From the IMG/VR virus record IMGVR_UViG_3300033146_003879, positions 54,990-118,989 of that record: a DNA stretch of 64,000 bases. The stretch is one strand, 5' to 3'. A program made the position numbers and the translations under genes. Origin of the DNA: a virus. Its lineage: Duplodnaviria > Heunggongvirae > Uroviricota > Caudoviricetes. Shown one piece after another: positions 28,239-37,316 of the stretch. How positions within the stretch are numbered: position 1 is the first letter of the stretch; every line of letters starts with the position of its first letter. The notes under the pieces were generated by a model. That model worked only from the letters and a program-made list of their open reading frames with translations. It had not been told where the DNA came from and did no database searches.

Positions 28239-29519
28239 ATGAATACTTACATGAACAATCTGCAGAAACGAGCCAGCTCAATAGCAGCAGCATTAAGTAA
28301 GATTACAAACGGTGAAGATTTAACAAGAGCTGACTACCTTGAGCAGAAAAGAAGAGAGGGAAAGATCGCATCGTTTAAATACGACATGCTATTGAAAGAG
28401 GCCGCAAAGAAAGAACAAGACGATAAACTCATAGCTGCCGCAACAAAGTACATAAAGTCTCACCCAGAAAAAGGAGGCTTGCGCGTTGGCAGTGATGCTA
28501 AACGCATCGCTCTTGCTAAAGATAAGATCGTCAATAAAGATGCGCGCGCTGCAAAGAAAGCAAAAGACATTGCTGATTTCAAGAAGAAGTATGTTGCAGG
28601 TGCAAGAGATCCTAAGACAGGTTTGGCTAGGATGGTTCGTAGAAAAGTTGCAGCATCAGGCATTGACAGTCTTCTCAAGCAGGCAGGGCTTCTAGGAGAC
28701 CCGCGGAGATCATTAGACAGAGCATGGGTAGATTACACACAGGGTCTCGGCACTGGCGGAATGATGCTAACACACCCTATCACGGGCCCGACAGTAATAG
28801 CAAATGTACTCAAAAACCTACGAATTGAAGATTTAACAGAACCACGGATCCTAGCATACCTGGCGGGAGTGGCAACCCCAGCCGCCGCCGCTGGTTACGG
28901 TGCATACAAAGGCGGGGAAGCTTTACTTAATAGTGACTTCGTTCAAGATAAGCTTGCAGCAAACGTACTTGACATGCTTCGTAAGCAAGCTGAGGGGGAA
29001 GTGCTTCCTGTAGAAGAACCTGTTGTTGAAACCCAGGAGATGGTAACCGTACCTAAGGCCGATATGATTAAGCTTCTTCGGACATTATCAAACCTCAGCG
29101 CAGGCCGTCAGTACAAGCAGACCGGACCTCAAGATGGTAGTGGACCTGGTGTTTATGCTGCGGAGAAAGCAGCTGCCAATACACTTGACATGCTTCGCAA
29201 GGAAGCAGAGAAAAATGCATTCACTGACGCCTACAATGATTTCATGGGAAGCGACTTCGTAGATACTATAAAAGATAAGTACAGTAAATACGGAGAAGAG
29301 ATCGGTAAAGATGCTCTCGCAGGATCTCTTATTGGTGCTGGAGTAGGAGGTCTAAACTCTCTGCTGAGTGGTAATGGAACACTTCTTGGCGGGGTAGCTA
29401 ACGGTGCTCTTGCGGGAGGAACCGGAGGCGCTATCTTAGGCGGATTGTATGCCGCGAAAGATGATCCTACGGTTACTGATTTTAGAAATAAGCTTGCTGG
29501 AATGATTTCAACTAAGTAG
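28239..29519 (+). CDS. Glycine-zipper, K-x-A motif protein
   Basis: QKRAS, LKEAA, RKVAA, LKQAG, DKLAA, RKQAE, RKEAE. Confidence 0.55.
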   Translation: MNTYMNNLQKRASSIAAALSKITNGEDLTRADYLEQKRREGKIASFKYDMLLKEAAKKEQDDKLIAAATKYIKSHPEKGGLRVGSDAKRIALAKDKIVNKDARAAKKAKDIADFKKKYVAGARDPKTGLARMVRRKVAASGIDSLLKQAGLLGDPRRSLDRAWVDYTQGLGTGGMMLTHPITGPTVIANVLKNLRIEDLTEPRILAYLAGVATPAAAAGYGAYKGGEALLNSDFVQDKLAANVLDMLRKQAEGEVLPVEEPVVETQEMVTVPKADMIKLLRTLSNLSAGRQYKQTGPQDGSGPGVYAAEKAAANTLDMLRKEAEKNAFTDAYNDFMGSDFVDTIKDKYSKYGEEIGKDALAGSLIGAGVGGLNSLLSGNGTLLGGVANGALAGGTGGAILGGLYAAKDDPTVTDFRNKLAGMISTK

Positions 29520-29542
29520 GGCGTTCCAATAATGCTGTGATA

Positions 29543-31048
29543 TCACTTCTTCAACTTCAAATAACTCCTAAACATCATATCTTTCAAGTTGCCTTTAGTC
29601 TTAACAATATACTGTACTCGCTTCTCAACGGAATCTCCTGAAGCGACGTAGTATTTGATGAAGACAGGGAGCTCCTGTCCTTTACGGTATATTCTTCCAT
29701 TCGCCTGTTCAACAAGAGCGAAGTCAGGTGTCAGTTCGTACCAGAAAATATATTGTGTGTTTCCTGCAAATAGGTTGAGGCCTGTTCCGAGAGTCTTCGG
29801 GTGAGCAATTATATACATGATATCACCCTTTGCGTAAGCTTCTAATATCTTTCTACGTTTCTTTAGTGTTGTCTTTCCTGTTATAACAGAGAACTTGTCT
29901 TTTAGAGTTTGTGATCGTTCAAGAACTGATGCGACACGCTCTGCAGTTTTTGTGAAATTTATCCACACAAGTGCACGTTGGTGCACAGCTTCAAGATTCT
30001 CGAGGTCGTGTACGAGGAGCTCTTCTTTTTGTATAGGCGTGTCCGCATCTTCCCTTAAGTCAAGTTCGATCTGCACTCTAACTTCATCGTCTCTCATAAC
30101 AACAGGGAGACCTGTATCGAGATCCACCTCATCCCCTTCGGACACTTCCTTAATGTTCATACTTGCAAACCCACTGCACATCTGCTGCATGAGCAACATT
30201 CTAATTGCAGGACTCTCAACTTCAACTTGTTCTTCTTCGTCCTCCGCCTCGTTCAATGCGTAACCCTCTGCTTTCAGTATATCTATTGCACCAACCTGCT
30301 TAGGTGACAATGCATACCTTGAAGTGGTCTCTGTTATAGGAGGGAGCTCTATTGCATCGACAGCTTTCTTGAATGAGGCGTACCGCCTCACCATGTTGCG
30401 TAAAACAGGGAGCATATCTTTCTGCGGCAGGTACGTGTGTGCCCCCGCATACTTGAGCTTTTCAAATGTTATTCGGAAGTCCCGAAGTGAGGAAGCAAGG
30501 TACCCGGGCTTTATAACCATGAACTGCGAGAAGAAGTCCTCCACACCTGAAGGTATCGGCGTACCGCTTAGTAACAACACTTTATCCGTTGATCGCACCA
30601 TCTTAACTATTGCACGCAGTGCTTTCGAGTCGGGATTCTTTACATTATGGCTCTCATCGAGGATATACATGTCAGGACGGGGGTATGTTCTCGCTCGAAA
30701 CAGAGTGTATGTTGTTATTATTATTCTCGGTTGCGGGTGATCTACGAGATATTTATCAACATGCTCTTGCATAACTCCTGCACGAATAACTAACATGTCT
30801 TCCCACGACGTAAATCCAAGCTTTGTCATATCATCTTCCCACATATCAATAATGATTGCAGGAACTAATATAAGAACTGTTGTTAGCTTCTTAGCTCGGA
30901 ACAGCATCTTCGTTGCGTGTTGAGATAAGTATGATTTTCCAAGCCCGGGCTCAAAAAAAATACCGCCTCTGTACCCGTTCTTCCGCCATTTAGTGAGCGC
31001 TGCTTTCTGGAAGTGGTAAAACACTTGCTTCTCTTCTGGTACTGTCAC
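29543..31048 (-). CDS. SNF2-family (SF2) helicase/ATPase
   Basis: FEPGLGKS, LDESH, LLSGTP, HPKTLGTGLNL, QANGRIYRKGQ. Confidence 0.92.
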   Translation of the reverse strand: MTVPEEKQVFYHFQKAALTKWRKNGYRGGIFFEPGLGKSYLSQHATKMLFRAKKLTTVLILVPAIIIDMWEDDMTKLGFTSWEDMLVIRAGVMQEHVDKYLVDHPQPRIIITTYTLFRARTYPRPDMYILDESHNVKNPDSKALRAIVKMVRSTDKVLLLSGTPIPSGVEDFFSQFMVIKPGYLASSLRDFRITFEKLKYAGAHTYLPQKDMLPVLRNMVRRYASFKKAVDAIELPPITETTSRYALSPKQVGAIDILKAEGYALNEAEDEEEQVEVESPAIRMLLMQQMCSGFASMNIKEVSEGDEVDLDTGLPVVMRDDEVRVQIELDLREDADTPIQKEELLVHDLENLEAVHQRALVWINFTKTAERVASVLERSQTLKDKFSVITGKTTLKKRRKILEAYAKGDIMYIIAHPKTLGTGLNLFAGNTQYIFWYELTPDFALVEQANGRIYRKGQELPVFIKYYVASGDSVEKRVQYIVKTKGNLKDMMFRSYLKLKK

Positions 31049-31079
31049 CTGATACCTCTATGTCCCGTTTCGGTGGTGA

Positions 31080-31108
31080 ATACTATACTATTCGCAAAGC
31101 TAAGTCAA
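31080..31108 (-). promoter_or_regulatory. Sigma70-type promoter of SNF2
   Basis: TTGACT-17 nt-TAGTAT. Confidence 0.6.
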
Positions 31109-31362
31109 AAAATAAAATCCCTTAGAGGGAAGACTAGCAGTAGATCGCAACCAAGGGACACCAAACCCCTCGGTCACAATCCTGCGCATTCTCATACGAC
31201 TTCCCTTTTTGGGCATCTCTCCGCCTTCTTTCCACAGAAGGTCGTCCTCATTTTCTAACCCGGCAATCCGCAATGAGGAGCAGATAAGCCAAGCCTCGCA
31301 CTACAAGCACGAGGTTTCCTGTGCTGGTACACAGGTTAGCACATAATCACTATGTGCTCATT
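31105..31362 (-). ncRNA. Highly structured ~250-nt ncRNA candidate
   Basis: Own TGaTATAAG motif (31369-31377), six contiguous stem-loops with G-U pairs favouring the minus strand, then a terminator hairpin and U-tract (31105-31130); no credible ORF. Confidence 0.7.
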
Positions 31363-31392
31363 CATATTCTTATATCACATAATCAGAAAAAA

Positions 31393-31414
31393 GCAGGGGG
31401 TTTTGGGCCCCTGC
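31393..31414 (-). terminator. Intrinsic terminator
   Basis: GCAGGGG-CCCAAAAC-CCCCUGC followed by U6. Confidence 0.8.
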
Positions 31415-31418
31415 ATTA

Positions 31419-31943
31419 TCACATAACTAAATTAAACAGGTACTTCCCAGATACCACAACAAGAACAACCGCCACCGCGACGACTAAGATACCTATATTC
31501 AGCGATATGAATACTAATACAGAGTTTAGGATGAGAGACTTACCTCTGGACAGAACGCAACAGAGTCTAGGGTCGCGTTGATATAAGATGCTGTGTCGAC
31601 AACTACGTGCTGATAAATATAATAGCAATACTGCATATACTATCCAATAAACAAATAACGGAATCAACCACATGCTACGATATAGATACAATCTAACAAA
31701 CTCTTTATATGTTTGTGAAAATAATGGTAGTAGTAGTAGTATCTCAGGAACGACGAACGCCCCTAAATACACTACTCTCTGCATAAACCTTGTCACACCT
31801 AATGCTTGGTCACTAGTGCTAATAGGCAAGCCCTTCTCGGAGGCATACTTGTTGATTATGACGGTATCCTTTGATAACAGAGGGTGCTGCCTCAACATCT
31901 CCTCATTAACCCCGTATTTTTCGTTGCTATTAGAACAAAACAT
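31419..31943 (-). CDS. Membrane protein
   Basis: AAAGGAGG RBS; three hydrophobic segments. Confidence 0.6.
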   Translation of the reverse strand: MFCSNSNEKYGVNEEMLRQHPLLSKDTVIINKYASEKGLPISTSDQALGVTRFMQRVVYLGAFVVPEILLLLPLFSQTYKEFVRLYLYRSMWLIPLFVYWIVYAVLLLYLSARSCRHSILYQRDPRLCCVLSRGKSLILNSVLVFISLNIGILVVAVAVVLVVVSGKYLFNLVM

Positions 31944-31959
31944 AAGTAGCCTCCTTTTG

Positions 31960-32865
31960 CTAATCTATCTGTGGGCCACTAAGAACCCACAACATAAATA
32001 TGATTAAACCAATCTCACTTCCCCATAACTTAAGAAGGCTTATAGACCCCCTCTGGTACACTTCACTCCCCTTGCTACAAAACGCACTTACTAGCGCAAC
32101 AGCTGTAGCTGCGACCCCGTAAGCAGCGACAATCAACACCCCTATATGAAGTAGTAGTGCGTATATTCCGGCATCGTAGTTTGGACCAAGTACAGCTTCC
32201 TCTGCTATACGATTCAGTATATATGTTGTTGCTGCTGTGAATGTTGTTGCCAGAAACAGTAAGTCTGAGTCGTCTATTTTGCAGGGAGCCTCAACGTGAT
32301 GTGTAGGAATCTTCTTAATGTAACCATCGAGCATTCCTTTTATCACCAAGTGCAGTAGAGGATCTCTGCTGTACACATTCTGTAAATACTCTGTTGCTTC
32401 TCTTGGCTGCAGTACCGGAAGTATGCGCGCGGTGATGTCGCTAGCGCACGCGATGATACCAAATATATGAGCGAACGAACCTTCGTTGTCGTACCACCTA
32501 TCCGTTCTTTCTATCGAACATATCTTTAATGACTGCACTAATATCGACTGTACGGTGTTGTTCTTCTCGTCTCGAAATTCGATATCAGTAAATGAATTAA
32601 ACACACGGCTACTTTTGTGTAATTCTGCATTAATGTACTCTACCACATCGTCGTAGTACGTAGGGTTATCTTCGTATACGTCAAAGTAGGACTGCTCTGA
32701 CCGCGAGTGCCCCAGTGTTCTCCACGGGGATGTCCACTTTCTGTCTATGTTCTCTGTAAGTGCGATGTCCCTGCACTCCGTTAGGTGAGGTGCGTCTGGA
32801 CAGAAACTACCGTGACCTGCTATCTTTATAACCACCGCTTTATATGTTAACATATCGACCTCCAT
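31960..32865 (-). CDS. Hypothetical protein with C-terminal hydrophobic segments
   Basis: 301-aa ORF, GGAGG RBS. Confidence 0.6.
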   Translation of the reverse strand: MEVDMLTYKAVVIKIAGHGSFCPDAPHLTECRDIALTENIDRKWTSPWRTLGHSRSEQSYFDVYEDNPTYYDDVVEYINAELHKSSRVFNSFTDIEFRDEKNNTVQSILVQSLKICSIERTDRWYDNEGSFAHIFGIIACASDITARILPVLQPREATEYLQNVYSRDPLLHLVIKGMLDGYIKKIPTHHVEAPCKIDDSDLLFLATTFTAATTYILNRIAEEAVLGPNYDAGIYALLLHIGVLIVAAYGVAATAVALVSAFCSKGSEVYQRGSISLLKLWGSEIGLIIFMLWVLSGPQID

Positions 32866-32879
32866 AAATTAAAAAACAA

Positions 32880-32904
32880 CCCCAGCCGCATAACGCGGCC
32901 GGGG
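32880..32904 (-). terminator. Intrinsic terminator after the RT operon
   Basis: CCCCGGCCGC-GUUAU-GCGGCUGGGG followed by UUGUUUUUU. Confidence 0.8.
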
Positions 32905-32914
32905 ATAAAGTAGA

Positions 32915-33070
32915 TTACTCCACTTCCGCGCTAATGTTCTCTGATGCCACTTTTGTAGCAACTAGATCAATTAGTTTCTTTGGTTCTTGCTTAGACATGT
33001 AATCTGCTAGTGCCTTTGTAGCACCAATCGCAATCACAATGCCAAGCTCTCTTAAGAGAATTCTTAACAT
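32915..33070 (-). CDS. Small 51-aa protein downstream of the RT (missed by the ORF track)
   Basis: GGAGAGG RBS; MLRILLRELGIVIAIGATKALADYMSKQEPKKLIDLVATKVASENISAEVE. Confidence 0.65.
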   Translation of the reverse strand: MLRILLRELGIVIAIGATKALADYMSKQEPKKLIDLVATKVASENISAEVE

Positions 33071-33135
33071 AACACACCTCTCCAGCTGAAGTTGAAATAA
33101 ATAGTAAGGGGGTGTGCGTCTTTCGCTTAGGACTT

Positions 33136-35364
33136 CTAAACGGATTTCTTAATGAGTTTCGGCTGCCGCGCCTTTTTGTCAGGCATGAACATCGTTTGGG
33201 AATACCCTTCACGCCCTACAGTCTTATTCCACTCAAGTAGCCCCGTAAGGCGTCTCTTGTCTTTCGCACTGTACGTTTGCCCTTTATAGTCTATTGGCCT
33301 ACCGCCAGACTTATGCAGAGCTAGGAGTATCTGATTTGTCTCGTACACTCTCTTTCGTGGCACTCTTATGTTACCGTTTTTGTCGAGGAGTAGGCCGAGT
33401 AATTTCTTATCGTCTCCAGATTGAAGGGTTGTCTTGTCAGGATTGATCTTAAGTTTAAGTTCTGTAACGGAGTCGCTTATAACTTGCATAACCTGGCTCT
33501 CAGCAATACTTAGCCCGGTTTCATACAGGAGCGCACGCCTTCGTGTCGGGTCAGCAGATCTATCCACTACATCGAATAACGCATACACGTTATCGCTGTA
33601 AATTATGGTGCGTAAGTTCTCGTAGTGTAGTACAGAACCACTACTCTCCATTTCTTTGTATCCTTTCTCAATGCGCTCAAGGAATGTGTTAGCCACCATG
33701 TTTGCAAGGAACGGGCTTGTAAGAGCGCCTTGCGGAAGCCCGTACGCAAATCTTGTTTTCACGGACTCCTTCTCATGCCGTGTCATTATTTGAGTTAACT
33801 CAATATACTCACCGAGACCGAGGCGCTTTGCTCTTATGTCAACTCCAAACAGTATCCCCTGTATCATGTTTATACTAACATTACTGTGCGCTCCTACCCA
33901 GTCACTGAGTATCTTGGTAGCTTTCTCTAAGTCCTCGTCTTCGTGCAGCAGCATATTACGAAGGACATGGCGGATACTGCGGTCACTACTTAACTCCGCT
34001 TTGTCGTACTGCTCATAGTTTAACAGTATTAGTGACGAAGTAAATGTCCGCATAACATCTTTATATAGATACACAATAGGGCTGAACACATGAGCCAGGT
34101 CATGAAGTCTCTTGCGTTCTAAACTTAGTATGTCAGACCCGTACCAATGCACAAGGTTATCTACATTACTTTCTCCTGCTTCCCGTAAAACGACGAGAGG
34201 CCCCTTCCATCCATAGCTATTCTTGCTGGAGGAGCTATGCATTGTCGCACGCATTGCCTGGGCATGCAGGAGTGTCTGCGGCGAGGAAACAGCTGACACA
34301 TGAGTTTCCAGGTTAGCCTGGGTGTTGAGCACTGTGAGCAACATGTCTATGGCACGTAGTTCCATAGAGCTCAAGTACTCTTCCAAGTGATACTTATTCC
34401 GCATGCGCTCAGAAGTACTCGGGATATCCTTCATTCGCTCAATCTCTACTCCGATAACACCTGCAACAGCCTCGTTCATTAGATATACAGCGTCATTAGA
34501 ATGACTGACAAGTACAAGATCAGTAGCAACCTGCAGTGTCCTTATAGCACTCTTCCAACTCTCCCCTTCTTGATAGTCTCGAGCTCCACCACTGGGGACT
34601 TTTGTAGCAACCATTGATGCTACAGTTTTCTGCGCAAGCTCAAGCAGCTTTGCAACGAACTCTGTAGAGTTGAATGCTGTGTTCTTCAGAGAGTTCACGA
34701 GAGAGAGTTCCCGCTTACTACCGTGGATCTGGTGATAGTAGTTTTTGAGGTCAACGCTTAGCATATGCTCTTGCGTTAACTTCATATCGCGGATTGCTTT
34801 CACAAACCCCTTTCCGGGAACATACGCAATGTTATCTCTGTGCGTAGCTTCAGCCCCTGTGTTGTCGTACAGTTTGTTGAGTATTGCTTTTTGCATGATG
34901 CGCATATCTTCGCTCGGTGCATGAACCATGCGTACTCCACCACTCTTCTTCGGAATGAGATGCATAGTGTACATGTGGGTTGCTGGCACTCCAGGTGAGA
35001 CACGTATTGCAATGTTACCTGCTCCTACAGTCTCCCGGAAGGCACTCGATGAACAACGCTTCTCGTTAACGCTGACTCTTCCACAGTCTGTATTAAGGAA
35101 TAAGGGAGGGATGTCGGTCGAATCGCTCCGGTCTGCACCTACAGGAACATTAGCCCACCATAGTAAATAATCCACAAGGGTTGTTGCGATAAGATCGAGT
35201 TGATCTATGCGCTCGTTGTTTGTTTTTGACGACTTCTTAGAGAGAACTCTAATGTTTGTGTACCTCCGACCGCGGCCCCTCTTGTACGTAGTAGATTGAG
35301 GCTGTAGTGCTGCAAGTATGCCGCTCCTAACTGTACGAAACTCTTTCTTCAATCTTCTTTTCAT
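33136..35364 (-). CDS. Atypical bacterial-type reverse transcriptase (retron/UG-like, YSDN active site, large insertion)
   Basis: IPKKSGGVRMVHAP, MQKAIL, AYVPGKG, SVDLKNYYHQI, GLPQGALTSPFLAN, IIYSDN, LKINPDKT, LLGL; start taken at ATG 35364 behind GGAG (ORF track start is 35388). Confidence 0.9.
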   Translation of the reverse strand: MKRRLKKEFRTVRSGILAALQPQSTTYKRGRGRRYTNIRVLSKKSSKTNNERIDQLDLIATTLVDYLLWWANVPVGADRSDSTDIPPLFLNTDCGRVSVNEKRCSSSAFRETVGAGNIAIRVSPGVPATHMYTMHLIPKKSGGVRMVHAPSEDMRIMQKAILNKLYDNTGAEATHRDNIAYVPGKGFVKAIRDMKLTQEHMLSVDLKNYYHQIHGSKRELSLVNSLKNTAFNSTEFVAKLLELAQKTVASMVATKVPSGGARDYQEGESWKSAIRTLQVATDLVLVSHSNDAVYLMNEAVAGVIGVEIERMKDIPSTSERMRNKYHLEEYLSSMELRAIDMLLTVLNTQANLETHVSAVSSPQTLLHAQAMRATMHSSSSKNSYGWKGPLVVLREAGESNVDNLVHWYGSDILSLERKRLHDLAHVFSPIVYLYKDVMRTFTSSLILLNYEQYDKAELSSDRSIRHVLRNMLLHEDEDLEKATKILSDWVGAHSNVSINMIQGILFGVDIRAKRLGLGEYIELTQIMTRHEKESVKTRFAYGLPQGALTSPFLANMVANTFLERIEKGYKEMESSGSVLHYENLRTIIYSDNVYALFDVVDRSADPTRRRALLYETGLSIAESQVMQVISDSVTELKLKINPDKTTLQSGDDKKLLGLLLDKNGNIRVPRKRVYETNQILLALHKSGGRPIDYKGQTYSAKDKRRLTGLLEWNKTVGREGYSQTMFMPDKKARQPKLIKKSV

Positions 35365-36250
35365 TTGCATCTCCGTTTTTCGGCTCATGTTTCAGGATAT
35401 ATATCCCACAAAATTCTCTGTAACTGCAGCTTGAGCAATGTGCTCCAACTACTGTCTTTCCGGTTTTCGTTAAGTCTTCTCTTAGGCTTTTTGGGAACGA
35501 TTTGTGCGCGGAGTAAATAAAGCTCCGGAACTTTGTATCATACCACAGATCTCTCTCTGCCTTCGCTCTTGGTATGTGCAGCAGTTCTTCTGATGCTGAC
35601 CAGTATGATGGTATTACCATGTCTTGCGTCTCGTTAATAGCAAGTATCATTCCGATTGTAACCTGCTTGTCAGGATACTGCTGCAAGTTACTTAGCATCG
35701 ATATGTAGAATTCTTTCTCAATCCGTGTTATGTCACTCCGTCCTGACCTAACAAGAAATACGAACACTTCGTCGGAACCCTCTATAACGAGGTTGTTCAT
35801 GGTTCGTAGAAGGATGTTACCTTGGCTATCTCTAACATTCACCGGAACATTATAATACGTTGTTGCCTCTCCTGTCCTATCTCGCACTTCTTTCTGTATA
35901 TGTTCGATGTGTTGAACAATGAGTTTAAGTGTCTCTACCTGTACAATATTCCCAAGCTCTTGTACAATACTCTCAAGTATATAGTCATCAACCGGTAACG
36001 ATAACTTCTGCAACACATGTACAAGTGTTCCCCAGTGAGAGGCCTTTCTCTCAACCTGGTCCTTTGGAGCCCCTGACACTTCAAGAGCCGCGGCTACTCC
36101 GCAAGGATTCAGTATCGACGACAGGCGTCTTCCTCGGTAATTATCGATACATCTGTTGACTGTTTCTGTGTTCTTTTGTGCTTGTCCATGCTTTTTTAAC
36201 ATGTGGATAAACTCCGCCGTTACGGAGAACACTTCTTTATTCTGGCTCAT
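35327..36250 (-). CDS. Cas4/AddB-like Fe-S protein, apparently catalytically inactive
   Basis: N-terminal Cys, GTLVH and C-terminal CSSCSYREFC present; the expected D...DxK positions read N...LVR. Confidence 0.65.
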   Translation of the reverse strand: MSQNKEVFSVTAEFIHMLKKHGQAQKNTETVNRCIDNYRGRRLSSILNPCGVAAALEVSGAPKDQVERKASHWGTLVHVLQKLSLPVDDYILESIVQELGNIVQVETLKLIVQHIEHIQKEVRDRTGEATTYYNVPVNVRDSQGNILLRTMNNLVIEGSDEVFVFLVRSGRSDITRIEKEFYISMLSNLQQYPDKQVTIGMILAINETQDMVIPSYWSASEELLHIPRAKAERDLWYDTKFRSFIYSAHKSFPKSLREDLTKTGKTVVGAHCSSCSYREFCGIYILKHEPKNGDANEKKIEERVSYS

Positions 36251-37316
36251 CCACTTCTTCCTCCGTTTCAACTGGTGGTTCAATTACTGCTGTATAATAG
36301 GGGCATCTCGTGTTGTAGTCACACGACCCACATCCGTACTTACTCTTTGCGACAGGAGCAATATTATTGTCAAGCATAACTCTCGCCATGTCAAGTTCTG
36401 CACCATACTGCGCATCTACGATAGGAGATGACTCAAACTCTTTTGTGTAAAGAGTTATCACAGGCTTACTAACTAGTACATCCTTGAGTGTTGTTTTCTT
36501 GTTGGCTTTATTAAGAGCTTTCTTGATGTCCGCTTTGTCAATAGTAATAAGCACAAGTCTGGTTACCACCTTCTCAATGGATGGTACGAAATACTTAATG
36601 TTCTCAAGAACAAGTTTCTCATAGATCCAGAACTGGAGTGTGGGAACCTTTATTTTCTTCCATGTATCAACCGATGCCGATGTCCACGCTGTCTTGTAGT
36701 CATCAATGTACACAGTCTTCAGGTCAGTAGATACTTTTATAGAATCACTGAATCCAAGAAACGGTAGGTTCTTCCCGAGGATTCCGCGCAACTCGGCTTC
36801 CTGCATAATTGGGAACTTCCCATCAATAGCAGCTTTCTCGGCAAGGTCCATCGTAATGAATCCTGCAAGATGGAATGCTATCTTCTCAAATAAATCCATG
36901 TCACCGATCTGGTCCTTAATCTTGTCTGCAACAGTAGGTAATAGCTCAGTCCCTGTGAGCACTGCTGTGCGGGTATCATTAACAAGATTTTTTGTAACAG
37001 CGTACTTCATCTTCTCGAATGACTCCCGTGTAAACACAGGAGCATCTATCTTATTCTGCATAAAGTAGAGCTTCCGCGCACCATACTGCTCAAGTACGCC
37101 GTGGAATATTTGTCCTAACTTTGCATATATGCTGTAGAATCGATACTGCTTTCTAAGGGATAGTTTATGGGAACATTCAGCAAGGTCGTAGATACTGCTC
37201 GCAGACAAATGCTCGATACCCCGCTGCATTCCTGAATACTTCGAGGTGATCTCCGAAAACGCCTTCCCAGCTTCTGCGATGTGTAGTGGTAGATCACCTT
37301 TCTTAAGTATTATCAT
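36237..37316 (-). CDS. Cas4/AddB-like PD-(D/E)XK nuclease with Fe-S staple
   Basis: AECS, GQIFH, QEAEL, GFSD, IDDYKT, QFWIY, CGSCDYNTRC. Confidence 0.85.
   Translation of the reverse strand: MIILKKGDLPLHIAEAGKAFSEITSKYSGMQRGIEHLSASSIYDLAECSHKLSLRKQYRFYSIYAKLGQIFHGVLEQYGARKLYFMQNKIDAPVFTRESFEKMKYAVTKNLVNDTRTAVLTGTELLPTVADKIKDQIGDMDLFEKIAFHLAGFITMDLAEKAAIDGKFPIMQEAELRGILGKNLPFLGFSDSIKVSTDLKTVYIDDYKTAWTSASVDTWKKIKVPTLQFWIYEKLVLENIKYFVPSIEKVVTRLVLITIDKADIKKALNKANKKTTLKDVLVSKPVITLYTKEFESSPIVDAQYGAELDMARVMLDNNIAPVAKSKYGCGSCDYNTRCPYYTAVIEPPVETEEEVDEPE

Noticed and set aside
33136-35388. RT as a group II intron or canonical retron
   Set aside because: No maturase/endonuclease domains or intron domain V; no NAxxH/VTG signatures; no msr-msd with a1/a2 repeats directly upstream (that space is coding).
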